Assembly: GCA_041483895.1 (NCBI GenBank)
Contig: JBGPGO010000007.1
Location: forward strand, 146,582 to 210,581
Source of the DNA: Fimbriimonadia bacterium
GTDB taxonomy: Bacteria; Armatimonadota; Fimbriimonadia; Fimbriimonadales; JABRVX01
Reading direction: 5' to 3'
Length of the DNA stretch: 64,000 nt
Shown: one piece after another, positions 18,680-29,318 of the stretch
Numbering within the stretch: the stretch's first letter is position 1
Layout of the letters: the number at the start of each line of letters is the position of its first letter
The notes under the pieces: model-generated
What the model was told of the DNA's origin: nothing
What the model saw: only the letters and a program-made list of their open reading frames with translations
The model's database searches: none
Translations under genes and position numbers: made by a program

Positions 18680-20218
18680 ATGGCAACACGCATTACTATT
18701 TTTGATACCACACTGCGGGACGGGGAGCAGTCCCCTGGCGCCTCGCTCAACGTCGAGGAGAAGATCGAGATCGCGCGGCAACTCGAGCGGCTTGGCGTGG
18801 ATGTCATCGAGGCCGGATTCCCGATCTCTTCGCCGGGAGATTTTCGCGCGGTGCAAGAGGTGTGCGCGGTGGTGAAAGAGGCGACGGTCTGCGGTCTGAC
18901 TCGCGCCGTCGAAAAGGATATCGACGTCGCGGCGGAGGCTCTAAAAGGGGCGGTCCGTCCGCGAATCCATACGGGTCTCGGCGTTTCCGACAACCACCTC
19001 CGCTACAAACTGCGAATGACCCGCGACGAGGCATTGGAGCACGGGATAAACGCGGTCCGCCATGCGCGGCGATACGTGGACGATGTGGAGTATTTCCTGG
19101 AAGATTCCGGCCGTGCGGATACGGACTATCTGTGCCGAGTCATCGAGGCCGTCATCGATGCCGGTGCGACCGTGATTAACATTCCTGACACCACCGGATT
19201 TACGACTCCCGACGAGTTCGGCGCGCGGATCCGGACGGTGCTGGAGCGCGTCCCAAACGTGGACAAGGCCGTCATCTCCGTGCACTGTCACAACGATCTT
19301 GGCATGGCGGTGGCCAACTCGCTGGCCGGCGTCATGAACGGGGCCCGGCAGGTCGAATGCACGGTCAACGGCATCGGAGAACGCGCGGGAAACACGAGCC
19401 TGGAAGAGGTCGTGATGGCGATGAAGGTCCGGAGCGATCTGTTTGCGATGGAGACCGGCATCGTGACGCAAGAGATCTATAAGACGAGTCGCCTGGTCTC
19501 GAATCTCACGGGCATTCTGGTCCAGCCGAACAAGGCAATTGTTGGTTCGAACGCATTTGCCCATTCTTCCGGGATTCATCAGGACGGAGTCTTGAAAGAG
19601 CGCACGACGTATGAGATCATCGACCCGCGGGATGTGGGCATTCCTGAGAGCAAGATTCTCTTGACAGCGAGATCGGGACGGCATGCATTGCGCAGCCGCC
19701 TTGCCGACCTGGGCCACCAACTGGGCGAAGCGGAGGTGGACAAAGTTTATCAGCGCTTCCTCGAAGTTGCCGACAAAAAGAAGATGATTTTCGACGAGGA
19801 CTTGGAAGCGATCGTCGCGGATGAGACTTCCAGTGTGCGAGTCACGTACGAGTTGGCTCATGTACAGGTCTCATGCGGCAGCGACAGCATTCCGACGGCA
19901 ACCGTCGAGCTTCTCGGGCCCGATGGCGATCGATTCGTCGATTCCGATCATGGCGCCGGACCGGTTGACGCCATCTACCGATCGATCAACCGGATCATCG
20001 GCGTGGAGAATGAACTGATCGAGTTCTCCATCCAAGCCGTAACCGAAGGAATTGATGCCTTGGCCGAGGTCACGATTCGGATACGCCGCGGCAACGACAT
20101 ATACACCGGCCGCGCCTCTCATTCTGACATCTGCGTCGCGAGCGCGAGGGCGTATATGCAGGCCCTCAATAAGCTGCTTGATCGCGTGGGCGCACCGGCT
20201 TTGGAGCCCGCCGTATGA
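18680..20218 (+). CDS. leuA: 2-isopropylmalate synthase
   Basis: [45 protein letters not shown] and a C-terminal regulatory domain. Confidence 0.97.
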   Translation: MATRITIFDTTLRDGEQSPGASLNVEEKIEIARQLERLGVDVIEAGFPISSPGDFRAVQEVCAVVKEATVCGLTRAVEKDIDVAAEALKGAVRPRIHTGLGVSDNHLRYKLRMTRDEALEHGINAVRHARRYVDDVEYFLEDSGRADTDYLCRVIEAVIDAGATVINIPDTTGFTTPDEFGARIRTVLERVPNVDKAVISVHCHNDLGMAVANSLAGVMNGARQVECTVNGIGERAGNTSLEEVVMAMKVRSDLFAMETGIVTQEIYKTSRLVSNLTGILVQPNKAIVGSNAFAHSSGIHQDGVLKERTTYEIIDPRDVGIPESKILLTARSGRHALRSRLADLGHQLGEAEVDKVYQRFLEVADKKKMIFDEDLEAIVADETSSVRVTYELAHVQVSCGSDSIPTATVELLGPDGDRFVDSDHGAGPVDAIYRSINRIIGVENELIEFSIQAVTEGIDALAEVTIRIRRGNDIYTGRASHSDICVASARAYMQALNKLLDRVGAPALEPAV

Positions 20219-21645
20219 AACCGAAAACGATGTTCGACAAGATATGGGATTCGCACGCGATCCCGGCCGAAGGGCGTGGGCATCCGCTGCTGTACATCGA
20301 CCGTCATCTGGTTCACGAGGTCACGTCGCCGCAAGCGTTCGATGGGCTGCGACTCCATGGGCGAAAGGTCCGTAGGCCGGACCTGACCGTCGCCACGATG
20401 GACCACAACGTCCCGACGACGGACCGCCGACTACCAATAGCGGATCCGATTGGACGCAAGCAGCTTGAGGCGCTCGCCGCCAACTGCGCGGAGCATGGCA
20501 TTGCGCTGTTCGATCTGCACAGCCCGCGACAGGGCATCGTGCATGTGATCGGTCCCGAGCTCGGACTGACGCTTCCCGGCATGACGATTGTGTGCGGCGA
20601 CAGTCACACGTCGAATCATGGCGCATTTGGCGCGCTGTCTTTTGGCATCGGCACGTCGGAGGTCGAACATGTGCTCGCGACCCAATGTCTTCCCCAATCG
20701 AAACCGAAGACGATGGAGATTTGTGTCGATGGATCGCTGCCGCGTGGAGTGACGGCAAAGGATCTGATTCTCGGAATCATCGGCCAAATCGGCACGGACG
20801 GAGCGGCGGGTCATGTGATCGAATACACGGGTTCGGCGATTCGAGACCTTTCCATGGAAGGGCGGATGACCGTATGCAACATGTCGATCGAGGCCGGAGC
20901 GCGGGCGGGGATGATAGCGCCGGACGAGGTTACGTTCGACTACATCGAGGGCCGTCCCCGAGCACCGAAAGGGCAGCATTGGAAGGAAGCGCTCGAATCT
21001 TGGCGCGGACTGCCGTCTGATCCAGGCTCGACGTTCGATCGAACGGTGGAAATCGATGCGGCGGATCTCGCGCCGTACGTCACATGGGGGACGAACCCGA
21101 GCCAGGTCGAGCCGGTAGACGGATGCGTGCCGTTTCCCGACAGCTTTGCGACCCCACAGTCCCGGGAAGAGGCGCGGCGGGCGCTGGAATATATGGACCT
21201 GGTTCCCGGCACGCCCATGCAAGATATCCCCCTCGATCGCGTCTTCATCGGCTCGTGTACCAACGGCCGGATCGAGGACCTACGGGCGGCCGCAGGTGTC
21301 GTGGCGGGGCTACGCGTCGCCGAAGGGGTTGTGGCGCTCGTCGTTCCCGGATCGCAAGACGTCAAACGGCAGGCGGAATCGGAAGGCCTCGATCGGGTGT
21401 TCATGGATGCGGGATTCCAATGGCGCGACGCCGGCTGCTCCATGTGTCTCGGCATGAACCCAGATACTCTTTCACCAGGACAACGGTGCGCTTCGACTTC
21501 AAATCGGAACTTCGAGGGTAGGCAAGGCAGGGGCGGACGCACGCATTTGGTGAGTCCGGCAATGGCGGCGGCGGCGGCGATTTCGGGCCGATTTGTTGAC
21601 ATTCGAAAATTTGATTTAGGGAGGCTACAGTATGCAGTCGTTTGA
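20215..21645 (+). CDS. leuC: 3-isopropylmalate dehydratase large subunit
   Basis: [35 protein letters not shown] and [12 protein letters not shown]. Confidence 0.97.
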   Translation: MKPKTMFDKIWDSHAIPAEGRGHPLLYIDRHLVHEVTSPQAFDGLRLHGRKVRRPDLTVATMDHNVPTTDRRLPIADPIGRKQLEALAANCAEHGIALFDLHSPRQGIVHVIGPELGLTLPGMTIVCGDSHTSNHGAFGALSFGIGTSEVEHVLATQCLPQSKPKTMEICVDGSLPRGVTAKDLILGIIGQIGTDGAAGHVIEYTGSAIRDLSMEGRMTVCNMSIEAGARAGMIAPDEVTFDYIEGRPRAPKGQHWKEALESWRGLPSDPGSTFDRTVEIDAADLAPYVTWGTNPSQVEPVDGCVPFPDSFATPQSREEARRALEYMDLVPGTPMQDIPLDRVFIGSCTNGRIEDLRAAAGVVAGLRVAEGVVALVVPGSQDVKRQAESEGLDRVFMDAGFQWRDAGCSMCLGMNPDTLSPGQRCASTSNRNFEGRQGRGGRTHLVSPAMAAAAAISGRFVDIRKFDLGRLQYAVV

Positions 21646-22276
21646 CAAAATAACCGGTGTGGTTGCGCCGCTGAATCGGCCAAACATCGACACCGATCAG
21701 ATCGTGCCGAAGCAGTTCTTGAAGCGGGTGGAACGCACCGGCTTCGGACGCTTTCTCTTTCACGATTGGCGCTATCATCCCGACGGTTCTCCGCAGTCGG
21801 AGTTCGTGCTGAATCAGCGGGAGTATGAGGGCGCCGCCATCCTTGCGGCTGGCAAGAATTTCGGCACCGGCTCATCGCGGGAGCACGCGGCTTGGGCGCT
21901 CATGGATTACGGCTTTCGCGCCATCCTCGCGCCGTCGTTCGCGGATATCTTCTATAACAACTGCCTGCAGAACGGCATTCTGCCCGTCGTTTTGGACGAG
22001 GAAGCGATAGAGCGGATTCACCATAACGCACAATCCGTTTCCGGTTATCGTCTAACGGTGGACCTCAACGAGCAGCGCGTGAGCGACAACAATGGGTTTG
22101 CCGCCGAATTTGAGATAAATCCGTTTCATCGCCATTGCCTGCTGAACGGCCTTGATGAAATCGCTTTGACGCTGGAATATGAGGACGCGATAGCCGCCTT
22201 CGAGCGTGGCCGCGCCGAGTGGTTGAACTCATCGGAGCCGGACGTGCGGGAGCAGCTCCACGAGGTCTACAACTAG
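21632..22276 (+). CDS. leuD: 3-isopropylmalate dehydratase small subunit
   Basis: [29 protein letters not shown] and SFADIFYNN. Confidence 0.97.
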   Translation: MQSFDKITGVVAPLNRPNIDTDQIVPKQFLKRVERTGFGRFLFHDWRYHPDGSPQSEFVLNQREYEGAAILAAGKNFGTGSSREHAAWALMDYGFRAILAPSFADIFYNNCLQNGILPVVLDEEAIERIHHNAQSVSGYRLTVDLNEQRVSDNNGFAAEFEINPFHRHCLLNGLDEIALTLEYEDAIAAFERGRAEWLNSSEPDVREQLHEVYN

Positions 22277-22374
22277 CGGAAGCCGTTACCCCAGTTTAGG
22301 AAGCTCTGACTCTCGGGTTTTGGCGCTCAGAACCCAAAAATCCTACTAGGCAATGCCCCTTGGAGGAGTACCCG

Positions 22375-23145
22375 ATGAGCACCCAGACGCTGCCGATCCG
22401 TCGATTGTCATCCCTATCACTGTTTTTCCCTGCCTATAATGAGGTCGAAAACCTAGAGCCGCTGGTCTCCGAAGCCGACAGTACCTTGCGCCGGGTGGCG
22501 GAAAAGTACGAAATCATCATCGTGGATGACGGCTCCACGGACGGCACCGGGGAGCTGGCCGACGAGCTGGCCGAGGAGTACACGAACGTCCGGGTGATCC
22601 ACAACCGACCCAATCGCGGCTATGGCGGCGCGCTCCAGGCCGGTTTTGAGGCGGCCAACAACGACTGGATCTTTTTCACAGACGGCGACCGGCAGTTCCA
22701 CCTGGACGAGCTCGCCAACCTGGTCGCCGTGAGCCAGGGCGTGGATATGGTGCTCGGCTACCGGATGAAGCGGAGCGACCCGCCGCATCGGCTGCTCAAC
22801 GCCCTTATGTATAAGACGATGATCCGGATCTTGTTTGGCCTAAAGTTGAGAGATATTGACTGCGCATACAAGCTGATCCATCGAAGAGTGTACGACGCCA
22901 TGGAATTGCGGAGTGAGGGCGCACTGATCTCGGCCGAGCTGCTGATCAAGGCGAATAAGATGGGCTACACCTTCACCCAGGTCGGCGTGCATCACTATCC
23001 CCGCATCGCCGGAAAGCAGTCGGGCGCCAATCTGTCAGTGATACTCCGAATGTTCCGTGAGCTGTTCCGGATGCGCAAGAACCTGGCCACCTACACCGGA
23101 AAGGCCGTGGTTTCTGTGGAGACGGATCGAGAGAGGGTGGCTTAG
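22375..23145 (+). CDS. Glycosyltransferase family 2 (polyprenol-phosphate type)
   Basis: FPAYNE, IIVDDGSTDGT, NRGYGGAL and FTDGDRQF. Confidence 0.92.
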   Translation: MSTQTLPIRRLSSLSLFFPAYNEVENLEPLVSEADSTLRRVAEKYEIIIVDDGSTDGTGELADELAEEYTNVRVIHNRPNRGYGGALQAGFEAANNDWIFFTDGDRQFHLDELANLVAVSQGVDMVLGYRMKRSDPPHRLLNALMYKTMIRILFGLKLRDIDCAYKLIHRRVYDAMELRSEGALISAELLIKANKMGYTFTQVGVHHYPRIAGKQSGANLSVILRMFRELFRMRKNLATYTGKAVVSVETDRERVA

Positions 23146-24488
23146 TGCAACACGTTATCGTTGTCGGCGGAGGCTTTTCGGGTCTCGGTACCGCTTATGA
23201 GCTCTTGAAGCGCGGCGTTCCTGTGTCGATCTATGAGGCGACGGACAGCCTGGGCGGGTTGGCGGGATCCTTCCCCGTCGGCGGTACGAGGCTGGAGAAG
23301 TTCTATCATCACTGGTTCAACAACGACACCACGGCCCTGCAATTGGTACACGAATTGGGGCTGGAAGATAATCTGATTCGGAAGAACAGCAACACCGGGA
23401 CGTACTACGCGAACAGCATACATCGGCTTTCCGGTCCCAAGGACCTGCTGAAGTTTAAGCCGCTGCCTCTCATCGATCGCGTGCGATTGGGCAAGTTGGC
23501 ATTGATGGCGCGCCGGGTTAACGACTGGCATGCGCTGGAGAAGATCACGGCGGAAGAATGGCTGATCCAGATGGCGGGGCGCAATGTGTACGACGTCATG
23601 TGGAAGCCGCTGCTGGTCGGCAAGTTTGGGGACTACTCCAACCAGGTGGCTGCGGTTTGGATATGGAACAAGCTGCGGCTTCGGGGAGGGTCGCGCGGCA
23701 AAGGGCAAAAAGAGGAGTTGTACTATCTTCGCGGGGGATTCCAACGCCTGACCAATGCGCTGGCGGAGAAGATTGTGGAGATGGGCGGGGAGATTCATCT
23801 CCAATCACCCGTCGCCAAAGTGCGGACCGCCATGGATCAGGTGCGCGGGATCGAGCTGACGGATGGCAAGCGGGTGGATAGTGATACGCTTGTAATTACG
23901 TTGGCGCCGGAATTGGCCCATGCGCTGCTGCAAGACCCGCCGACCAAGTTGGCGATGTCACTCAAATCGATTCCGTATCTGGCTGCGCAATGCGTGATTC
24001 TGGAGATGGATCGCAGTCTCAGTTCCACCTACTGGCTTAATGTCAATGATATGGAAGCGCCATTTGTCGGCGTCATCGAGCACACGAACTTTGAGGAGTC
24101 GAGCGAGTACGAGGGACGTCATATCGCCTATCTCGGAAAGTACCTTCCCCGGACCGCCCGGCACTATACGATGGGCGAGGGGCCGGTGGTAAACGAGTAT
24201 CTGGAGTATCTGCCGCGCATGTTCCCTGAGTTCGACCAAAGTTGGGTGCAGGATTGGCATGTGTGGCGGGCGGACTACGCGCAGCCGGTGGTGCTGCCGT
24301 TCTACCGCGACCTTGTGCCCCCCATGCGGACGGAAATCAATGGACTGTGGCTGTGCAACATGGCCCAGGTCTATCCGGAGGATCGAGGCACCAACTACGC
24401 GCTCCAGTACGGCTATCGGTGCGCGCGTGAGATGGTGGAAGTCGCGCGGAAAACCGTATCCCATGACGTTCCGAACGTCAAGGGATAG
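23145..24488 (+). CDS. FAD-dependent oxidoreductase (amine oxidase / protoporphyrinogen oxidase-like)
   Basis: VVGGGFSGL Rossmann motif, GGLAG, LEKFYHHWF and YPEDRG. Confidence 0.88.
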   Translation: MQHVIVVGGGFSGLGTAYELLKRGVPVSIYEATDSLGGLAGSFPVGGTRLEKFYHHWFNNDTTALQLVHELGLEDNLIRKNSNTGTYYANSIHRLSGPKDLLKFKPLPLIDRVRLGKLALMARRVNDWHALEKITAEEWLIQMAGRNVYDVMWKPLLVGKFGDYSNQVAAVWIWNKLRLRGGSRGKGQKEELYYLRGGFQRLTNALAEKIVEMGGEIHLQSPVAKVRTAMDQVRGIELTDGKRVDSDTLVITLAPELAHALLQDPPTKLAMSLKSIPYLAAQCVILEMDRSLSSTYWLNVNDMEAPFVGVIEHTNFEESSEYEGRHIAYLGKYLPRTARHYTMGEGPVVNEYLEYLPRMFPEFDQSWVQDWHVWRADYAQPVVLPFYRDLVPPMRTEINGLWLCNMAQVYPEDRGTNYALQYGYRCAREMVEVARKTVSHDVPNVKG

Positions 24489-24493
24489 TTCCC

Positions 24494-24985
24494 ATGGCTT
24501 TCGATCCGGGTCTTGCCGTTGGGGAGCCTGCGCCTGTGTTTGGGTTGCCGGATCATGGTGGCGCTGTTCGCCAATTGGCTGACCTGTGTGGTCGTCATGG
24601 ATTGGTGGTCGTGTTTATTCGCTCCGCTGCCTGGTGTCCGTTTTGCAAAATGCAGTTAGCGCAGTTGGTTGCGGACTCCGATCGGATTGCGTTGGCCGGT
24701 TTGGGAATCGCGGCCGTTTCAAAGGATTCCGTGGACGTATTTCGGACTTTTGCCAACGCCGTTTGCGCGCCGTTTCCTCTGCTCTCCGATTCAGAAGGCC
24801 GGTTTATCCGTGAGGCCGGATTGCGCAACGAACAGATATCGATCGAACGGAGCATCTACGGCATTCCGTATACCGGTCTTTGGGTTCTCGACTCCTCCGG
24901 TATCATCCGCGAGAAGGAGTTTCAGGAGGACTATCGTTACCGGCCCCGGATTTTGGAATCTCTCCAGAAAATGGGAAAAATCTAG
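24494..24985 (+). CDS. AhpC/TSA (peroxiredoxin-like) family protein
   Basis: GEPAPVF.LPD, RSAAWCPFC and FPLLSD. Confidence 0.8.
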   Translation: MAFDPGLAVGEPAPVFGLPDHGGAVRQLADLCGRHGLVVVFIRSAAWCPFCKMQLAQLVADSDRIALAGLGIAAVSKDSVDVFRTFANAVCAPFPLLSDSEGRFIREAGLRNEQISIERSIYGIPYTGLWVLDSSGIIREKEFQEDYRYRPRILESLQKMGKI

Positions 24986-26566
24986 CTATTGCTTTGCTCG
25001 CTGCTTCGTCAATGTTGAGATCAAATCGATCGCCGGAATGTGAATCCCAAATCGAAATTCCCCCGGGTTCTGCCGCCAGACAAAGAACGGTTCGATGCAG
25101 TGGAACAGAGATTTGAACGATATCTCGACGTCGAACAGGTCCTTGCGATCCGGATCGTATTTGGTCAGCAGAGATACGTGGCTGCCGCCGACCGCGACGT
25201 CCAATCGCGAATGCACGGTCCTGCGGCGCGCCGGCTCGTCAAAACGCAGCACCGGCGCACCCGTTATATATGTTTTGGCCAGCCCAAATGCAAATCGGAG
25301 CCGGTCGGAACGCTCCAACACGATTTCGCCGATCGGCCGCACCCACTCCAAATGTTGGCTATTATCATAACGGAACAATGCGCCATCACCGCGCAGACGG
25401 AATGACAGCCAGGGAGTAAATTGCCACGATCCAATCGTTGCTGTGCCTTGCAGCGCCAGTCGATCAGACGCCCGATCCGACGGCTGCTCGCTCACCCGGC
25501 CCAACCGGACCGTTCCGGTGCCGAAGACCGATCCGATGCGGCCGTTCGCTTGGACACCGAACTCCCAATCCTTGCTAACGAACAGATCCTCTTCGATGCG
25601 TGCGAATACAGGCAGATTGGAAGAGTTTTCGAAGAAAACTGACGCGCGAGCGGACTTCAACCGACGATCCTCTTCCTCGGGCGTCGGCACGTTTACATTA
25701 TCGAGGTATGAATTGGTAAAGCGCTCCCCCTCTTCCGTATCCGGAAGGAACAGTGAGTCAGGTCGGTTCGGGGAAAGAAAGGAGTGAGCAAGAAGCTCAC
25801 GGCGTTCCAGTGGCGCCAGTGTGAATGCGCCGATTTGCGCCAGCAGCTCGGTCTGCGGCGCCGGAGTAAACATGCTTCCCCAAGCGATGGAAACCCCTTG
25901 GTGCCGATTGAAACCGACCGCCGGAACGGAAAACTGATTCTCTACCTGGCGGAGAGAGAATCCAAACCAGGGAACGGTAACAATATTCTCATTGAAGAAT
26001 CGAACCCTCGCGTCATAGATTCGGCCTTGCTCCCCAGGACGAATTCGCAGCTTTTTGAACCCGATGGAATAGTCCGGACGGATCAGGTTGCACGTGGTCG
26101 CTTCGCCGTCAAATGCCTGCCACTCCCCTTGATTGAGCTCCACACGCTTAGCGATAAATCGCGCTCCTTGAGCGACGATAACGGCGTTTTCCGCGAACCC
26201 GTTGTGGTTGCCAAAGTCATACCAAAGATTTGTGGCGGTCATCGTGCCGATCGGATCGGTGACAAACACGCGGCCGCTCGCATGGATCACGGTCGTATCG
26301 TCCTGCCAGGTCATCTCGTCCGCGGAGAACGTGTCGATCCCATACGTGGCAACGGCCTGTGACGCGACGTACCGATATCTCTTTTGCCGAACAATTGTAA
26401 CGGACGAGGGGATTCCCCAATGCGACAGGGGGCCGAGTTTGACGGTCTGCGACGGGATCTCGGTCACCGTTATTTTGGCGTATCCAAGGTCGATCGGTTC
26501 TTGAGCGGAGCAATGCCCGGCGATGCCCGCACAGATCACCCAGGTCCAAAGATACCGGCATCGCAT
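24986..26566 (-). CDS. LptD/OstA-like outer membrane protein
   Basis: Signal peptide, OstA-like beta-jellyroll (FSADEMTW..ASGRV), ATTC...PDY, and a beta-rich C-terminus with HC. Confidence 0.6.
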   Translation of the reverse strand: MRCRYLWTWVICAGIAGHCSAQEPIDLGYAKITVTEIPSQTVKLGPLSHWGIPSSVTIVRQKRYRYVASQAVATYGIDTFSADEMTWQDDTTVIHASGRVFVTDPIGTMTATNLWYDFGNHNGFAENAVIVAQGARFIAKRVELNQGEWQAFDGEATTCNLIRPDYSIGFKKLRIRPGEQGRIYDARVRFFNENIVTVPWFGFSLRQVENQFSVPAVGFNRHQGVSIAWGSMFTPAPQTELLAQIGAFTLAPLERRELLAHSFLSPNRPDSLFLPDTEEGERFTNSYLDNVNVPTPEEEDRRLKSARASVFFENSSNLPVFARIEEDLFVSKDWEFGVQANGRIGSVFGTGTVRLGRVSEQPSDRASDRLALQGTATIGSWQFTPWLSFRLRGDGALFRYDNSQHLEWVRPIGEIVLERSDRLRFAFGLAKTYITGAPVLRFDEPARRRTVHSRLDVAVGGSHVSLLTKYDPDRKDLFDVEISFKSLFHCIEPFFVWRQNPGEFRFGIHIPAIDLISTLTKQRAKQ

Positions 26567-26605
26567 GCATCCTCGGTTCGAGGAACAGCTACGGGCTCCT
26601 GCCGT

Positions 26606-29041
26606 CTAGTCGTCTCCAACGAGATCGAAATTGCTAAAGACCGTATTGAGATCGGGAAGATTGACGACGCCGTCGCCATCGAGATCCGCGTTCTGGTCTT
26701 GGGTACCGAAGCTGGAGAACACGGAGTTCAAATCCTTCACGTCTACCCGGTTGTCGGCCACCTCCGCATTGCCGTTGCTCAACACGATGTTCAAGCCGGG
26801 ATTGTTGTCGGGCTGATAATCGACTTCGAGTGTCCGACGCAGCCAGTGGGACGGCTTTACAGAAACCGTGAATCGGGTGACGGGGACGTCGAGATTCAGG
26901 ACAAAGCGGCCCTCGTTGTCGAGCGGAACTGAATAGTCGTGGGAAGATTTGCCCAACGGCGTGACGGTCATATCAACGGATGATGGTCGCGCGCCATGTT
27001 GGCTAAGACCTTGGAATTCCACGGCGCCTCTTACTGACATGATTTTCGTCGACTGAACAACTGGGTCAAACACTTCGACAAATTCCCAGCTCAATGGCGG
27101 CATGGTAAAGGTCAATTTTAGCGTGCTTCCACTATTGAATTTGATCCACTTCCCTCGCAGCCCTTTGTATGCCGCCTTGAGAATATCGTCAGGCAGGAAG
27201 AAATCGGAAGGGGTGATGTTTACAGTAACAGTTTTCGCGGTTTCGCTTGGGTTCCAGAAACAGAGGTATCCGTACTTTCCGTTCAACTTTGGCCGCAGAT
27301 GGTACATGCCATCGACCCACTCACTCCCGAAATTGGAGGAGTTGGTTGGGTCGTAGCATCGCTTCGTGCTATCGTCAATTTGGGTGTAGGCTGTGTACTC
27401 TTGGTTTTCTCTGAACCAGGCGACCCACTTCTTGCAAAGAGCCATTTCGGAGGCGGTGATACCATCGAGCGAGCCGCTAAACTCCAAATTGCAGTACGAA
27501 CCGACGATGGATGCCAGACTATATTCCAGCGCGTCCAACGCAGTCTCAATGCCAGGCAGATGCGCGGGCGTCGTACCCGTCCGGCCCCAATTCGGCATCA
27601 ATGCGTTCGTCCAACCGGTTCCGTTTCGTGTGGAATCCGCCGAGCGGTACCACCAACGCGGGTCCTGGCGACGCGGATCGTTGAGGCCGGCGAGAATCCA
27701 ATCCGTTTGCCAACCCATATCGTTGTAACCGAGCGTTGGTGTCGTGGAATAGCCGCGGTCCAGGACGATTTCGGGTCTCGCTGCTCGAAGCTGCTCGCAG
27801 GTCAGCTTCCAGTTCGCCAATTGACCCATCAATGCGGAGCCCGGAGCGTGGGGATGATCGATGGCCCAGCAATAGTCGCGCTCTACGACAAAGTCAAGTT
27901 TCAGAAAATCGGCTTGAGTCTCATTCACCCAGGACAGTATCTTATTGGTGATCGTTTGCTGCCAATCGGTTGCAAAGCAGTATGCCGGCATGCCGGGACT
28001 CCAGATGGCGCCTCCAGGGTTCAAGATTAGCCGACTTGGATCGATGTTTGGCGCACTGGGATCCGTAAGCGCGGGCGCAATCCAGAAGCCAAACTTCATT
28101 CCATTGTTCCGGATGTTCTGCGAACAGGCGCCGAGTCCGTGCGGAAACCCAAATATATCCAGCCCCCAAGAGCCGTATAAATTCTCCCAGCCGTCATCCA
28201 CGACAAAATAATCTGCGCCGAGCTGCTTGGCGGTGGGGGCGATACGGGCACAATCGTCCTCGGTGACATTCGTCTTGTACCCATACCAGGTGTTGTAGAT
28301 CACCGGTCTGTTCATCCGTGAAGCATGCGCGAGGTATGTCCCCCAAAACAGTTGGAGACCAAATGCCGCCGTGTATTTGGTGCCCTTTGCCAAACAGAGA
28401 ACAGCCTGTTCCGTGTGGTCCGTTTCTTGCTGTACCCGCATCGACGCGGTAATCGCGTTATTGGCGCGATCGCAGACTCCGGCGGGGCGAGGGAGGTTGC
28501 ACTCCAAACCGATCGCATACCCCTGTCCCGCGACCGCGATGCCGTTGTCGTCCCAGACGCCAAACGAGCCGTTGACCACCGGCGATGTGATCGTTAGCTT
28601 TTCTACCAGAGCCGATTCCACCCGCTGCTTGGGCAGGAACTCGAACCACTTTGCGATCCAGGGCCGGTTGCCCTTGAATATCCGATAGTGGATCACGAAG
28701 TTCAAACCGTTTTTCTCGGCGATCACCCGGACGTGCTTGGCTTCCACCTCATCTTCAACCTGAATATCTTGAATGGTCGAGCCGACGAGATCGACGGTTC
28801 CGGATGGAAGAGTGATCGTCCCTTCGCTGTTCTGCTGAGCGATCATCTCTTGACCCCGAATCTTCAATGAGGTAGTTATCAGGTCCAAGGACACGACGCG
28901 GCTGCAGACGTCGTTCTCCATGGTGATTCCGGTAGTCCCAATCGTAACTTTGGCGTAGTCGCCGGAAAAGAAAGGATTGGAATTATAGGCCTGCGCCGTA
29001 GCGGTTACCAAGAGTGGCGTTAGCATCCAGAAACGAAACAA
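26606..29041 (-). CDS. Secreted alpha-galactosidase-like glycoside hydrolase (GH36/clan D) with a dockerin-like C-terminus
   Basis: YNTW, YFVVDDGW, FPHGL, MKFGFWIAP and FLKLDF; C-terminal ADLDGDGVVNLPDL. Confidence 0.75.
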   Translation of the reverse strand: MFRFWMLTPLLVTATAQAYNSNPFFSGDYAKVTIGTTGITMENDVCSRVVSLDLITTSLKIRGQEMIAQQNSEGTITLPSGTVDLVGSTIQDIQVEDEVEAKHVRVIAEKNGLNFVIHYRIFKGNRPWIAKWFEFLPKQRVESALVEKLTITSPVVNGSFGVWDDNGIAVAGQGYAIGLECNLPRPAGVCDRANNAITASMRVQQETDHTEQAVLCLAKGTKYTAAFGLQLFWGTYLAHASRMNRPVIYNTWYGYKTNVTEDDCARIAPTAKQLGADYFVVDDGWENLYGSWGLDIFGFPHGLGACSQNIRNNGMKFGFWIAPALTDPSAPNIDPSRLILNPGGAIWSPGMPAYCFATDWQQTITNKILSWVNETQADFLKLDFVVERDYCWAIDHPHAPGSALMGQLANWKLTCEQLRAARPEIVLDRGYSTTPTLGYNDMGWQTDWILAGLNDPRRQDPRWWYRSADSTRNGTGWTNALMPNWGRTGTTPAHLPGIETALDALEYSLASIVGSYCNLEFSGSLDGITASEMALCKKWVAWFRENQEYTAYTQIDDSTKRCYDPTNSSNFGSEWVDGMYHLRPKLNGKYGYLCFWNPSETAKTVTVNITPSDFFLPDDILKAAYKGLRGKWIKFNSGSTLKLTFTMPPLSWEFVEVFDPVVQSTKIMSVRGAVEFQGLSQHGARPSSVDMTVTPLGKSSHDYSVPLDNEGRFVLNLDVPVTRFTVSVKPSHWLRRTLEVDYQPDNNPGLNIVLSNGNAEVADNRVDVKDLNSVFSSFGTQDQNADLDGDGVVNLPDLNTVFSNFDLVGDD

Positions 29042-29318
29042 TTCAACTCTCCTTAACGGTAGTCGGCAAACTGCCAGAGAACCTTGCGAGGTAATGATAT
29101 CACATAGTGGCCAATTTTGCCATCGTGTAAAGTCCGGTTGTCGCGGGCATCCGAGCGCGAATTGCCTGCATGGTTTGCCGGGCCGAAGTAGGAGAACGGC
29201 AACCAGTTTTCCCGAACCGTTGGCAAAATCCCAGAAATCTCCCGGAAATTTCGGCAGGAAGTGGCGGGCCGCTAGAGAACCTCACTTTTCCTAGAATCTA
29301 ATCGAGGCAGGTCCGAAC